NCBI GenBank assembly: GCA_025757645.1
Contig: CP107216.1
Coordinates: 1,215,080-1,279,079 of the forward strand
Source of the DNA: Clostridiales bacterium
GTDB taxonomy: Bacteria > Bacillota > Clostridia > Oscillospirales > Oscillospiraceae
Reading direction: 5' to 3'
DNA length: 64,000 bases
The notes under the pieces were generated by a model. That model was not told the origin of the DNA. It worked only from the letters and a program-made list of their open reading frames with translations, and ran no database searches. This document shows positions 16,808 to 25,813 of this stretch, one piece after another. A program made the position numbers and the translations under genes. Numbering within the stretch: position 1 is the stretch's first letter; each line of letters opens with the position of its first letter.

Positions 16808-18310
16808 TTATGGTTGCGGAAACGACAGATCGTCGGTAAAGGCCGCGGCAAAATCTGCGCGGCCGGACAGCTCCAGATAGTCGCATGCCCGGGAAATATT
16901 CCCGATGCGCTGCCACTGCGCGGGGTCGAGCGTGAGCGCGGCCGCGCCGGCGAGCGCCGTGTTGCCGAGCGTGTGCAGCTTGCCCGCGCACGCGCGCGGG
17001 AGCATGCCGATGGCCATGGCGCTCTCGGGGTCGAGATAGCTGCCGAAGCCGCCGGCAAGGTACACGCCGTCCACCTGCTCCGGTGCGATGCCGCGCTGCT
17101 GCAGCAGCACGCGGATGCCCGCCGCGACGGCGGCCTTGGCCAGCTGTAAGTTGCGCACGTCCGCCGCCGTGAGAGATACCTCCGGCGTCAGGTGAAAGCG
17201 GCCGTTGCCGTCGTCATCGCGCGTCAGATAGCGGCGCAGGGGCATTGGTGCGTCCTCCGGCGGCAGCAGCCGCCCACCGGGCGCGATCACGCCGAGGCGC
17301 AGCAGCACCGCCGTCAGGTCGAGCAGGCCGGAGCCGCACAGCCCCTTCGGTTCGCCGCCGCCGATGACATCGTACAGAAAGCCGCGGTCATACCGTACGC
17401 GGCTGATGGCGCCGTCCACGCCCGGCATGCCGCACGTGATGCCCGCACCCTCAAAGGCCGGGCCGGATGCCACGGCGCAGCAGACGAACCCGCCGCGGCC
17501 GCCGAGCGCCATCTCGCCGTTGGTGCCGATGTCGAGAAACAGGTTCTCGCCCGGCAGCTCCGCCAGCCCGGCGGCCAGCAGTCCGGCCGTGATGTCCCCG
17601 CCGACGTAGCCCGCCACGCAGGGAGCAAAGTGCACCGGCACGCCGTGCAGCGTTTCGTCTCCGGGTGCTGCAAAGAGCGTCTCCGGCCGGAACGGCGCTG
17701 CGGCGATGCCGCGCACGGAGTATCCGGCGAAGAGGTGCTGCATGACGGTGTTGCCGGCGAGTGTGATCTCGCGCAGCGTGCCCGGCGTGCGGCCGCTGCG
17801 CGCGAGCGCGTCCGATACCAGCGCCCAGATCTGCTCGCGGATGCGCCGCGAGAGCTCCGGCAGGCCGTCCGGCTTCTCAAGCGTATACTGGATGCGGCTG
17901 ATGACGTCAGCCCCATAAGGGGCCTGCGCATTCCAGCCGCTGCAGGTTTGCAGCTCTGTGCCGGACGAGAGATCGTACAGCCGCGCGACGACGGTCGTCG
18001 TGCCGAGGTCGACGGCGGCGGCGCAGCCTGTGCGTCCCGGTCGGCAGGCGGGCAGCGGCACGGTGCCGGTCAGGATCGTGCCGCCGGCGGTCTCTGGCAG
18101 CGTGACGGTGTCGCCGTCCGCCGGATAGACCCGGCAGGCGAGCCGGGGCACGCCGTTGACCGGTACGCGGCACTTGCCGCAGCGGCCCTTTCCGCCGCAG
18201 GCGGCGGGAATGGAATAGCCCGCGCGCCGCAGAACGGACAGCAGCGTCTCGCCGGCCGGCAGGGGAATGGTGCGGACATGGCCGTTTTGTTCAATTTGGA
18301 TGCTTGACAT
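16808..18310 (-). CDS. Corrinoid activation/regeneration protein (RACo/RamA-like): N-terminal 2Fe-2S ferredoxin domain plus ASKHA (DUF4445) ATPase domain
   Basis: Ferredoxin motif AACGGKGRCGKCRV. ASKHA-like phosphate loops AVDLGTTTV and LDIGTNGE. Start taken at MSSIQIEQ (ATG 18310) after SD AAGGGGG. Confidence 0.75.
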   Translation of the reverse strand: MSSIQIEQNGHVRTIPLPAGETLLSVLRRAGYSIPAACGGKGRCGKCRVPVNGVPRLACRVYPADGDTVTLPETAGGTILTGTVPLPACRPGRTGCAAAVDLGTTTVVARLYDLSSGTELQTCSGWNAQAPYGADVISRIQYTLEKPDGLPELSRRIREQIWALVSDALARSGRTPGTLREITLAGNTVMQHLFAGYSVRGIAAAPFRPETLFAAPGDETLHGVPVHFAPCVAGYVGGDITAGLLAAGLAELPGENLFLDIGTNGEMALGGRGGFVCCAVASGPAFEGAGITCGMPGVDGAISRVRYDRGFLYDVIGGGEPKGLCGSGLLDLTAVLLRLGVIAPGGRLLPPEDAPMPLRRYLTRDDDGNGRFHLTPEVSLTAADVRNLQLAKAAVAAGIRVLLQQRGIAPEQVDGVYLAGGFGSYLDPESAMAIGMLPRACAGKLHTLGNTALAGAAALTLDPAQWQRIGNISRACDYLELSGRADFAAAFTDDLSFPQP

Positions 18311-18340
18311 GGCCGCCGCCCCCTTATAAGATATAGGCAC

Positions 18341-18370
18341 ATTCTAAGCAGTGAGACTTTGCTTTGTCAA
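18341..18370 (-). promoter_or_regulatory. Putative promoter of the RACo-like / Hcy-methyltransferase operon
   Basis: On the minus strand: TTGACA-18-TAGAAT. A divergent plus-strand candidate is TTGACA (18304-18309)-17-TAAGAT. Confidence 0.45.
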
Positions 18371-18382
18371 GAGGCTTTGCAT

Positions 18383-18919
18383 ATGAACGATCCCGAGACG
18401 CTGGCCGCGCAAAACGGCTTTTCCCACTGGGCACAGCTGAATATGGCGGCGGCGGTGCCGCTCGAGGCGGTACGCGATATGTGCGCGTCCGGCCGCTGCG
18501 GCCGATACGGGCACAACTGGGCCTGCCCGCCCGGCTGCGGCAGCATCGAGGCGGCTGCGCGACGCATCGCAGGCTTTGACGCCGGCATCCTTGTACAGAC
18601 GACCGGGACGCTGCGCGATGATTTCGATTACGAATCCATTGCGGCCACTGAGCGCGCGCACAAGCGCCGCTTTGCCGACTTTGCACGCCAGATGCGCCGA
18701 CTCTGTCCCGGCTGCCTGCCGCTGACGGCCGGCAGCTGCACGCTCTGTGCCCGCTGCACGTATCCCGACCGGCCGTGCCGCTACCCGACCAAACGCCTGT
18801 CGTCCATGGAGGCGTATGGTCTGTTCGTGAGCGATATCTGCGCGCGCTCGGGCCTTGCCTACAACTACGGCCCGCGTACCATGACGTATACATCCTGCGT
18901 TTTATACAACAAGGAGTGA
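18383..18919 (+). CDS. DUF2284-type Cys-rich predicted metal-binding protein
   Basis: CGRYGHNWACPP plus CTLCARCTYPDRPC cysteine clusters. The stop overlaps the SD region of the next gene. Confidence 0.6.
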   Translation: MNDPETLAAQNGFSHWAQLNMAAAVPLEAVRDMCASGRCGRYGHNWACPPGCGSIEAAARRIAGFDAGILVQTTGTLRDDFDYESIAATERAHKRRFADFARQMRRLCPGCLPLTAGSCTLCARCTYPDRPCRYPTKRLSSMEAYGLFVSDICARSGLAYNYGPRTMTYTSCVLYNKE

Positions 18920-18924
18920 AAACC

Positions 18925-20646
18925 ATGTCCACACCGAAAGAGATCTTCCTCGAGCTCATCCGGCCCGACGGCCAGCCGGAGCGCCAGCTGCGCCAGTATG
19001 AGGCGCTGCACATGTGCCTCACCGACCCGTGCAACACCTACCTGCGCGGCAACCGCAAGCGCGGCACGACGAGCGTGGACCGCTGGGGCACGACGATCCT
19101 GTTTCCCGAGGATGCACCCGGCCCGATGCCGGATACGCGCGAGGGCCTTGCCGTCTGCCCGGACGTCACGCGCTGGCGCGAGACGGTGCACGCGCCCGAT
19201 CTGGAGGCCGCCTGCACGGAAGGGTGGGACACCTGCCGCGCCGAGGCGCGCGCCGCCTGCGGGTCGGATCACCTGTTGGCCGGGTTCATGGGCACGGGCA
19301 TTTTCGAGCAGTGCCACTTCCTCATGGGCTTTGAGGACACGCTCACGAATCTCTACGCGCATCCGGACGAGATGCACGCGCTTATTGACTACATCACGGA
19401 GTACCGCCTGACGTATGTGCGCATGCTCATCGACCATCTGCAGCCGGATGTCATCTTTTCGCACGACGACTGGGGCACGAAAAACGCCCTGTTCATGAAG
19501 CCCGAGATGTGGCGGGAATTCTTCAAGGAGCCGTACCGCCGGTTTTATGGCTACATCCGTTCGCGCGGCGTCATTGCCATCCACCACGCGGACTCCTATC
19601 TTGTGCCGATCGTGGACGACATGGCCGAGATCGGCATCCAGGTCTGGCAGGGCGTCCTGCCGGAAAACGACATTCCCGCCCTGCAGGCACACTTAAACGG
19701 GCGGCTCACGCTCATGGGCGGCTTCGGCGCGGCCATCGACCGCAAGGACGCGACGCCCGAGGACATCCTCACCTATGCCCGCGATGTGCTCAAGCGCAAC
19801 TGCCCCGGCGGGCACTACATCCCCTCGATCACCTACGGCCTGGCGGGCACTGTCTACCCGCACGTGGACAAATACCTCAACCAGGCGGTCGATGAATACA
19901 ACGCAGCGCTGCATGTGCCGGTGACGCACCTGCCGCCCGTGCCGCGCCGGAGCGTGCACGCCGCGGCCGCGCCGGCGCAGAGCGCGCCTGAGGCCGAGCA
20001 GCCGCAGGGCGATGTGCTCTCGCGCATCGCGTCCGCGCTCGTGCGCGGGCAGCAAAAGCGCGTGCTGCAGCTGTGCTCCGAGGCGCTCGAGAGCGGGCAC
20101 GGCGCGCAGGAGATCCTCACGGACGGCCTTGTGCGCGGCATGACCATCCTTGGCGAGGATTTTTCGGCCAACCGCGCCTTCGTGCCGGAGATGCTCATCG
20201 CAGCGCGCTGCATGGCGGCGGCGACGGAGCTGCTCAAGCCGTACATGACGGGGGAGAGCAGCGAGACGATCGGCCGCGTCTGCCTCGGCACGGTGCGCGG
20301 TGATATGCACGACATCGGCAAGAACCTCGTCAAGATCATGATGGAGGGCAGCGGGCTGGAGGTCGTGGACCTCGGCGTGGACGTCACGGCGGAGCAGTTC
20401 GTGGACACGGCGATCGAACAGCACTGCGACATCATCGCCTGCTCCTCGCTGCTGACGACGACGATGCCGGAAATGCGCGATGTGGTGGAGCTGGCGAAGG
20501 CCCGCGGCATCCGCGACCGGGTGAAGATCTTTGTCGGCGGTGCACCCATCACGCCCGGCTACAGCGACGAGATCGGCGCGGACGTCTACTGCCCGGACGC
20601 GGCCACGGCCGCGCGCTCGGCCGTGGCGCTGCTGCGCGGCGCGTAA
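18925..20646 (+). CDS. Fusion protein: uroporphyrinogen-decarboxylase-family (MtaA/CmuA-like) methyltransferase domain plus B12-binding (corrinoid) domain
   Basis: The N-terminal ~370 aa are URO-D-like (IFSHDDWGTKNALFMKPEMWREFF). The C-terminal part has the cap helix bundle and the Rossmann B12 motifs GDMHDIGKN (DxHxxG), CSSLL (SxL) and FVGGAP (GG). Confidence 0.8.
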   Translation: MSTPKEIFLELIRPDGQPERQLRQYEALHMCLTDPCNTYLRGNRKRGTTSVDRWGTTILFPEDAPGPMPDTREGLAVCPDVTRWRETVHAPDLEAACTEGWDTCRAEARAACGSDHLLAGFMGTGIFEQCHFLMGFEDTLTNLYAHPDEMHALIDYITEYRLTYVRMLIDHLQPDVIFSHDDWGTKNALFMKPEMWREFFKEPYRRFYGYIRSRGVIAIHHADSYLVPIVDDMAEIGIQVWQGVLPENDIPALQAHLNGRLTLMGGFGAAIDRKDATPEDILTYARDVLKRNCPGGHYIPSITYGLAGTVYPHVDKYLNQAVDEYNAALHVPVTHLPPVPRRSVHAAAAPAQSAPEAEQPQGDVLSRIASALVRGQQKRVLQLCSEALESGHGAQEILTDGLVRGMTILGEDFSANRAFVPEMLIAARCMAAATELLKPYMTGESSETIGRVCLGTVRGDMHDIGKNLVKIMMEGSGLEVVDLGVDVTAEQFVDTAIEQHCDIIACSSLLTTTMPEMRDVVELAKARGIRDRVKIFVGGAPITPGYSDEIGADVYCPDAATAARSAVALLRGA

Positions 20647-20672
20647 GCGCATAAAAGACATAATGCAGGAAT

Positions 20673-20721
20673 GTGTCTCTGCCGGACGAACATACGCCGG
20701 TCGGAGACACTTTCATTTTTT
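20673..20721 (+). terminator. Terminator after the methyltransferase/B12 fusion gene
   Basis: GTGTCTC..CCGG/CCGG..GAGACAC plus TTTCATTTTTT. Confidence 0.7.
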
Positions 20722-20789
20722 GGAAGGAAATTCAGCGAAATGGATAGAGAAAAATCGAAAGACCGGGATTATTTCAGGTTCTTGAATAA

Positions 20790-20818
20790 TTGCTTTTCGG
20801 TGCCGCCGGATTTATAAT
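20790..20818 (+). promoter_or_regulatory. Putative promoter of the riboswitch-ade-permease unit
   Basis: TTGCTT-17-TATAAT, about 30 nt upstream of the aptamer P1. Confidence 0.55.
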
Positions 20819-20848
20819 CAAGGCGTTCCAACAAGTGAACACAGACAC

Positions 20849-20924
20849 TTTCAGGTATAGGCGGGGAAGTCACATGGGCCCCGCGTCTCTACCGGGCGGC
20901 CCTTGAATTGCCCGACTACCGGAA
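20849..20924 (+). promoter_or_regulatory. Purine riboswitch aptamer (guanine/hypoxanthine-type, C74)
   Basis: P1 is UUCAGGUA/UACCGGAA. J1/2 is UAG. P2 is GCGGGG/CCCCGC with a 12-nt L2 ending AUGGG. J2/3 is GUCUCUAC. P3 is CGGGCGG/UUGCCCG with L3 starting CCC. J3/1 is ACU, with C at 20916. Confidence 0.75.
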
Positions 20925-20969
20925 TGCAGCACGCACAGCGCCAAACCGCTGTGTGAGCTTTTCCGTTTC

Positions 20970-21009
20970 GGTGGAGGGTCGCAGATCGCAGACGCTCCGC
21001 CGTTTTTTT
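20970..21009 (+). terminator. Intrinsic terminator forming the riboswitch expression platform upstream of ade
   Basis: GGUGGAG...CUCCGCC stem followed by a T7 run, 65 nt before the ade start. Confidence 0.7.
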
Positions 21010-21076
21010 ATTTGGATAGAGAGCGGAAACGCTTTTTATGGTTGATAGCAGCTTATGATTTCAGGGAGGGATTTTG

Positions 21077-22858
21077 ATGCGTACACGCAAGGCAAAGGAT
21101 CGCTCGCGCCTCATTCAGGCGGCCATGGGTCAGATCCCGTGCGATCTGACGATCGGCAACGTACAGTTTTTCAATGCCATTACGGGAGAAATCTATCCGG
21201 CCAGTGTCGACATACTGGACGGATTTGTTGTTTTGGTGCGTGAGGAAGGGCAGGAGGCAGTCCTGCCGTCCAAATCGTACTACGACGGTCAGGGCCGCTA
21301 CCTGATCCCCGGCTACATCGACACGCACATGCACATCGAGAGCACGATGATGATCCCCGAAAATCTCGCCCGCGCCATTCTGCCGTGGGGCACGACGACC
21401 ATCTGCACCGACCCGCACGAGATCGGCAACGTCATGGGTCTCGACGGCGTGCGCTTCATGCTTGAGAATGCGAAAAAGTCCAAGCTCCGCCAGTACGTGC
21501 TCGCTCCGTCGTGCGTCCCGTCCTTGCCCGGCATGGAAAACGCCGGCGCGGAGTTCCTCGCCAGAGAAGTCGGCGAGCTGCTGGACATGGACGACGTCAT
21601 CGGCATTGCCGAGATCATGGACTACGTCGGCGTTATTCACGACAGCGAGCGTATGCACACCATCATCGACGAGGGTATCCGCCGCGGCATGTTCCTGCAG
21701 GGCCACGCGCCGTACTGCTTCGGCCGTGAGCTCGCGGCCTACCGCATCGGCGGCCCCGTGTCCGACCACGAGAGCGTGAACGCCGACGAGGTGCGCGCCA
21801 AGCTCCGCGCCGGCATGCACATCAACCTTCGCGCCAGCTCCCTCATTGATAACCTTTCCTTCCTTGTCGACGGCTGCAAGGATCAGCCGTGGCGCGATTT
21901 CGTGTCCATCTGCACGGATGATGTCCACGCCAAGGATCTGCTCACCGTCGGCCACATCAACAACGTCGTGCGCAAGGCGGTCGCCTCCGGCCTCGACGGC
22001 CGCGAGGTCGTCAAGATGGCGACGTTCAACGCCGCGCGTGAGTATGGCTTTGACGATCTCGGCGCGATCGCGCCGGGCTACATCGCCGATATCCAGCTCG
22101 TCGACGCACTTGACGGCAGCCGGCCGAAGGCCGTGTTCACCGAGGGCGTGCTCGTCGCGGAGGACGGCAAGTACCTCGGCGGCGACTGCAAGACGGCGGA
22201 CTACGACCTGCCGAACACCGTCGATCTGCCGCAGATCACGGGCCCCGAGTCCTTCGAGCTGCGTGTGCCGGAGGGCTACACCGGCGATACGATCCGCGTC
22301 AACGTCATGGTGTCCGAGGACGGCAACCGCATCCTGCGCCACGTCGAGCCGGTCGAACTGCCGGTGCGTGACGGCGTGGTCGACATCAGCGGCGATCCGA
22401 CGCTCGTGTTCGTCTGCTGCGCCAACCGTTATGGCCGCGGCGGCAAGACGATCGCCGTCTACCGCGACTTCGGCCTGCGCGCCGGCGCGCTCGCGTCCAC
22501 CATTTCGCACGACAGCCACAACTTCACCGTCAGCTACCACGATCCGAAGGACGCCTTCCGCGCCGCCGAGATCCTGCGCGCGTGCGGCGGCGGTGTCTGC
22601 GTGATCGACGGCGAGCAGGAGACGCACATCGCCCTGCCGGCTGCCGGCCTCATGAGCCAGAAGCCCTGCGCCGAGGTCGCCGGCGAGATCGCGGCCGTGC
22701 AGTCCGCGCTCGATGTCATCAGCGACGGACAGCTCACCCTGCTGGCGACCGCCATCATGGCGCTGCCGGTGCTGCCGAGCGTGGTCATTACGGATATGGG
22801 CCTCGTCAACGGCGCCAACCAGACGTTCGTACCCGTGTTTGCGGATGCGGAAGCATAA
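21077..22858 (+). CDS. ade: Adenine deaminase
   Basis: Amidohydrolase metal motif PGYIDTHMHIEST. Length and overall sequence are typical of Ade. SD GGGAGGG lies 6 nt upstream of ATG 21077. Confidence 0.9.
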   Translation: MRTRKAKDRSRLIQAAMGQIPCDLTIGNVQFFNAITGEIYPASVDILDGFVVLVREEGQEAVLPSKSYYDGQGRYLIPGYIDTHMHIESTMMIPENLARAILPWGTTTICTDPHEIGNVMGLDGVRFMLENAKKSKLRQYVLAPSCVPSLPGMENAGAEFLAREVGELLDMDDVIGIAEIMDYVGVIHDSERMHTIIDEGIRRGMFLQGHAPYCFGRELAAYRIGGPVSDHESVNADEVRAKLRAGMHINLRASSLIDNLSFLVDGCKDQPWRDFVSICTDDVHAKDLLTVGHINNVVRKAVASGLDGREVVKMATFNAAREYGFDDLGAIAPGYIADIQLVDALDGSRPKAVFTEGVLVAEDGKYLGGDCKTADYDLPNTVDLPQITGPESFELRVPEGYTGDTIRVNVMVSEDGNRILRHVEPVELPVRDGVVDISGDPTLVFVCCANRYGRGGKTIAVYRDFGLRAGALASTISHDSHNFTVSYHDPKDAFRAAEILRACGGGVCVIDGEQETHIALPAAGLMSQKPCAEVAGEIAAVQSALDVISDGQLTLLATAIMALPVLPSVVITDMGLVNGANQTFVPVFADAEA

Positions 22859-22894
22859 ATCAACCAGAGACAGAGAAAGGATAAGGAGCTTTTG

Positions 22895-24208
22895 ATGGAT
22901 AAACTCTTCAAACTCAGCCTGCGCGGTACGGATAAGAAAACCGAGATCATCGCGGGCCTGACCACCTTCATGACCATGGCGTATGTGCTGGCCGTCCAGC
23001 CGGCCGCGATCTGCGGCGGCGAGGCGTACATCACGGATGTCAACGGCGTTGTCATCACCAAGTCCGCCATCATGATCACCTGTGCGCTCGTGTCCGGCCT
23101 CATCACGCTGCTGATGGCCTTCTACACGAACTTCCCCTTTGCACTCTCGACCGGTATGGGCTCGAACTTCATTCTCGGCGCGCTCATCCAGTCCCAGGCG
23201 CTGAGCTTCGGCGCCGCCATGGTGATCACGCTCATTTCCGGTATCGTGTTCGTGCTGCTGACGGTCTTTGGCCTGCGCGACCTGATCGTGCGCGTCATTC
23301 CCAAGAACATTAAGATCGCCATTTCCGCGTCCATCGGCTTCTTTATTGCCTACCTCGGCTTCAAAAACTGCGGCATCGGCTCGTTTGAAAACGGCATCGC
23401 CCTCGGCAACCTCACCGATCCCGCCGTGCTGCTGGCCATCGGCGGCCTGCTGCTCATCATTGTGCTCAACGCCCTGAACGTCAAGGGCGCCATCCTCATC
23501 AGCATCATTGCCACCACGCTCATCGGCATCCCGCTCGGTGTGACGACGCTCAACGGCGTCGCCGCCGTGCCGGACTTCGGCGAGCTGGGCAACGTCATGT
23601 TCAACCTCGATTTCAAGGGCGTGTTCACCGCGAGCGGGCTCATCCTTGTGTTTGTATGTTTCTTCGGAGATTTCTTCTCCACGCTCGGCACGGTGCTGGC
23701 CGTCGCCAACCGCGCCAACATGCTCGATGAAAACGGCAACCTGCCCGGTATCGAGCGTCCCTTCCTCGTCGACGCTATCGGCACCTGCATCGGCGCGCTG
23801 ACCGGCAACACCACCATCACGACCTTTGTCGAGTCCACCTCCGGCGTGGAAGCCGGCGGCCGCACCGGCCTGACCGCGCTCGTCACCGGCATCATGTTCC
23901 TGCTGACCATCTTCCTCGCGCCGCTGTTCGTCGCCATCCCGTATGCCGCGACCGGCCCGGCGCTGATCTATGTCGGCTTTCTGATGCTCAAGGGCTTCAC
24001 GGAGATCGACTTCACGGACTTTGACGAGGCCATCGGCCCCTGCGTCATGATGATGTTCACGGCCTTCACCGGCAACATCACCAACGGCCTCGGCGCCGGC
24101 ATCATCGTGCACGTGCTCGTCAAGCTCGTGCGCGGCAAGGCCAAGGAGATCCACCCGATCATGTACCTGCTGTGCGCGCTCATGGTCCTGTACTTCATCG
24201 TTGGATAA
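22895..24208 (+). CDS. NCS2/AzgA-family purine (adenine/guanine/hypoxanthine) permease
   Basis: N-terminus MDKLFKLSLRGTDKKTEIIAGLTTFMTMAYVLAVQP is characteristic of AzgA-type permeases, and the protein is multi-TM. It lies downstream of ade, as in other ade-permease pairs. Confidence 0.85.
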   Translation: MDKLFKLSLRGTDKKTEIIAGLTTFMTMAYVLAVQPAAICGGEAYITDVNGVVITKSAIMITCALVSGLITLLMAFYTNFPFALSTGMGSNFILGALIQSQALSFGAAMVITLISGIVFVLLTVFGLRDLIVRVIPKNIKIAISASIGFFIAYLGFKNCGIGSFENGIALGNLTDPAVLLAIGGLLLIIVLNALNVKGAILISIIATTLIGIPLGVTTLNGVAAVPDFGELGNVMFNLDFKGVFTASGLILVFVCFFGDFFSTLGTVLAVANRANMLDENGNLPGIERPFLVDAIGTCIGALTGNTTITTFVESTSGVEAGGRTGLTALVTGIMFLLTIFLAPLFVAIPYAATGPALIYVGFLMLKGFTEIDFTDFDEAIGPCVMMMFTAFTGNITNGLGAGIIVHVLVKLVRGKAKEIHPIMYLLCALMVLYFIVG

Positions 24209-24236
24209 CCTGCGCCGCTCTTCATAAATGCAGAAA

Positions 24237-24270
24237 GCCTCCGGCGGATCTTCCGCCGGAGGCCTTTTTT
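24237..24270 (+). terminator. Terminator after the purine permease gene
   Basis: GCCTCCGGCGGA/TCCGCCGGAGGC plus T6. Confidence 0.8.
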
Positions 24271-24281
24271 GCGCGCTTGGG

Positions 24282-24322
24282 AAAAACAAGATCGCCAAGG
24301 TACGATGTACCTTGGCGATCTT
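24282..24322 (-). terminator. Terminator after tRNA-Leu
   Basis: On the minus strand: AAGATCGCCAAGGTAC-atc-GTACCTTGGCGATCTT plus GTTTTTC. Confidence 0.7.
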
Positions 24323-24410
24323 GGTGCGGGAGATGGGACTTGAACCCACACGTCTATGGTTGGACACAGGCACCTCAAGCCTGCCTGTCTACCGATTCCA
24401 GCACTCCCGC
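24322..24410 (-). tRNA. tRNA-Leu (anticodon GAG), CCA encoded
   Basis: The reverse complement folds as a cloverleaf. Acceptor GCGGGAG/CTCCCGC, D stem CUG/CAG, anticodon stem CAGGC/GCCUG with loop UUGAGGU, long variable arm (GUC...GAC), T arm GUGGG-UUCAAGU-CCCAU, discriminator A plus CCA. Confidence 0.9.
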
Positions 24411-24436
24411 ATATGCACTTTTCAAACGCATGAGTT

Positions 24437-24464
24437 ATTATAACAGAAAAGCGCGGAATGTCAA
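24437..24464 (-). promoter_or_regulatory. Putative promoter of tRNA-Leu
   Basis: On the minus strand: TTGACA-16-TATAAT with TGt (extended -10), about 26 nt upstream of the mature 5' end. Confidence 0.6.
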
Positions 24465-24479
24465 CCACAAATTTTCGAC

Positions 24480-25715
24480 TCAGGTCGATTTTTTTATTTT
24501 CCCGTTCAGCGGCGATCTCTGCCGCAGCTCCAGCGCGAGAACGACCGTCAGGATCACGAGCGCGGCGATGAGTGCGAGCGCGCCGTCGGCCATCGGCAGC
24601 AGATAGCGCATGCGCAGATAGGCGTGATAGCCGAGCAGGGAGGCAAACTCGCACAGCACTGCAGGCAGCACCAGCTGCGGCCACGCGGCCGCCAGCGCGA
24701 GCGTGAGCGCATCTGCGGCGAAGAAATACCGGTCGTGCATATGCGGCAGGAAAAACGGGATCGCGACCGCGAGCAGCGCCGCCGCCAGCACGAGCGCCCG
24801 GTCGGAGCAATCGTCCCGGTGCAGCCAGAACCAGACGGCCAGCAGCACGATCACGAGTACGGCTGCGCCAATGCCGAGCTTTGCGGCGATCTCGGGGTCG
24901 CGCACCTCCGTAAAGAGCGCAAAGACGGACGAGGAGTTATAGTTGAGCCCGGTGCCGATGCTGCCCGTCTGCTGAAACGGGATGGTCAGCGCATCCCACA
25001 GTCCGCGTCCGGCGATGACGGCCGGCAGCACCATGACCACGCACGTAGCGGGGAAGGCCAGCGCGTGCCGCAGCTTGACGCGCCGCGTGAGCCAGAAGAG
25101 CAGGAACACCGGCATAACGAACACGGCCTGCAGTTTGAAGGCGAACGATGCGCCGATGCTCACCACGCCGAGCACGGGATGCCCGGCCAGCACGAGATAG
25201 ACGCTCAGCACGGCGAGGGCGGCATACACACTGTCGCACTGGCCCCAGAGCGCGCTGTTGAGCATGACCGTCGGCCAGAAGAGCACGAGGAAGAACGCCG
25301 CAAGCTTCCACACAGTCTCACGCCGGAACAGCCCCACGAGCTGCATGACCGACCACGCGAGCACGACGTCAAAAAAGATGCTGAACAGTTTTATAAGGTA
25401 CAGATCGGGCAGGGAACTGCCGCTGATGAGCGCCAGAAACGTCAGGTACGGTACATTATAATTGCCAACGGACTCCCGCAGTGCGGCGAGCCCGCCGTGC
25501 GTGCGGAAAAAGTTGACCCACACGGTCAGAAACTGCGTGTAGTCGCTCGTCTCATAATTCAGGCACAGCCCACGCAGCACGAACGCCGCCGCCAGCAGCA
25601 GCACCGCGCACAGGACGTGCGCCGGTTTTCGGAGCACGCCGGCGCTCCACAGCAGCACCAGCGCGAGCCCGGCCTCGGCAGCCAGCAGCAGACAGATTCG
25701 GATATCCATGGTCAT
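24480..25715 (-). CDS. Polytopic membrane protein, GT-C fold glycosyltransferase-like (Gpi18-like mannosyltransferase type)
   Basis: About 11 TM segments. The N-terminal loop region [17 protein letters not shown]...[15 protein letters not shown] resembles COG5542-type GT-C enzymes. ATG 25709 has better SD spacing than ATG 25715. Confidence 0.5.
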   Translation of the reverse strand: MTMDIRICLLLAAEAGLALVLLWSAGVLRKPAHVLCAVLLLAAAFVLRGLCLNYETSDYTQFLTVWVNFFRTHGGLAALRESVGNYNVPYLTFLALISGSSLPDLYLIKLFSIFFDVVLAWSVMQLVGLFRRETVWKLAAFFLVLFWPTVMLNSALWGQCDSVYAALAVLSVYLVLAGHPVLGVVSIGASFAFKLQAVFVMPVFLLFWLTRRVKLRHALAFPATCVVMVLPAVIAGRGLWDALTIPFQQTGSIGTGLNYNSSSVFALFTEVRDPEIAAKLGIGAAVLVIVLLAVWFWLHRDDCSDRALVLAAALLAVAIPFFLPHMHDRYFFAADALTLALAAAWPQLVLPAVLCEFASLLGYHAYLRMRYLLPMADGALALIAALVILTVVLALELRQRSPLNGKIKKST

Positions 25716-25783
25716 CCCTCCGAAGATACAAAAAAGCGGCAGGGCGACGCGCTCCTGCCGGCGAAAAATTCACAAATTCGTGC

Positions 25784-25813
25784 TTGACAACCTATGCGTT
25801 GAAATGGTAAAAT
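25784..25813 (+). promoter_or_regulatory. Putative rpoBC promoter
   Basis: TTGACA-18-TAAAAT with TGg (extended -10). The leader is about 145 nt. Confidence 0.6.

Noticed and set aside
15530-18307. Plus-strand ORFs of 539 aa and 371 aa over the Hcy-methyltransferase and RACo-like genes
   Set aside because: They are antisense artefacts. The minus-strand translations carry the diagnostic Zn, 2Fe-2S and ASKHA motifs.
20806-20821. GGAUUUAUAAUCAAGG, which looks like the conserved P1/J1-2 'UAUAAUC' start of a purine riboswitch
   Set aside because: It lies ~65 nt too far from the J2/3 core to form P2, and its flanks do not pair with the 3' P1 strand. It fits better as the -10 box (TATAAT) of the promoter. 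The real P1/J1-2 is at 20850-20860.
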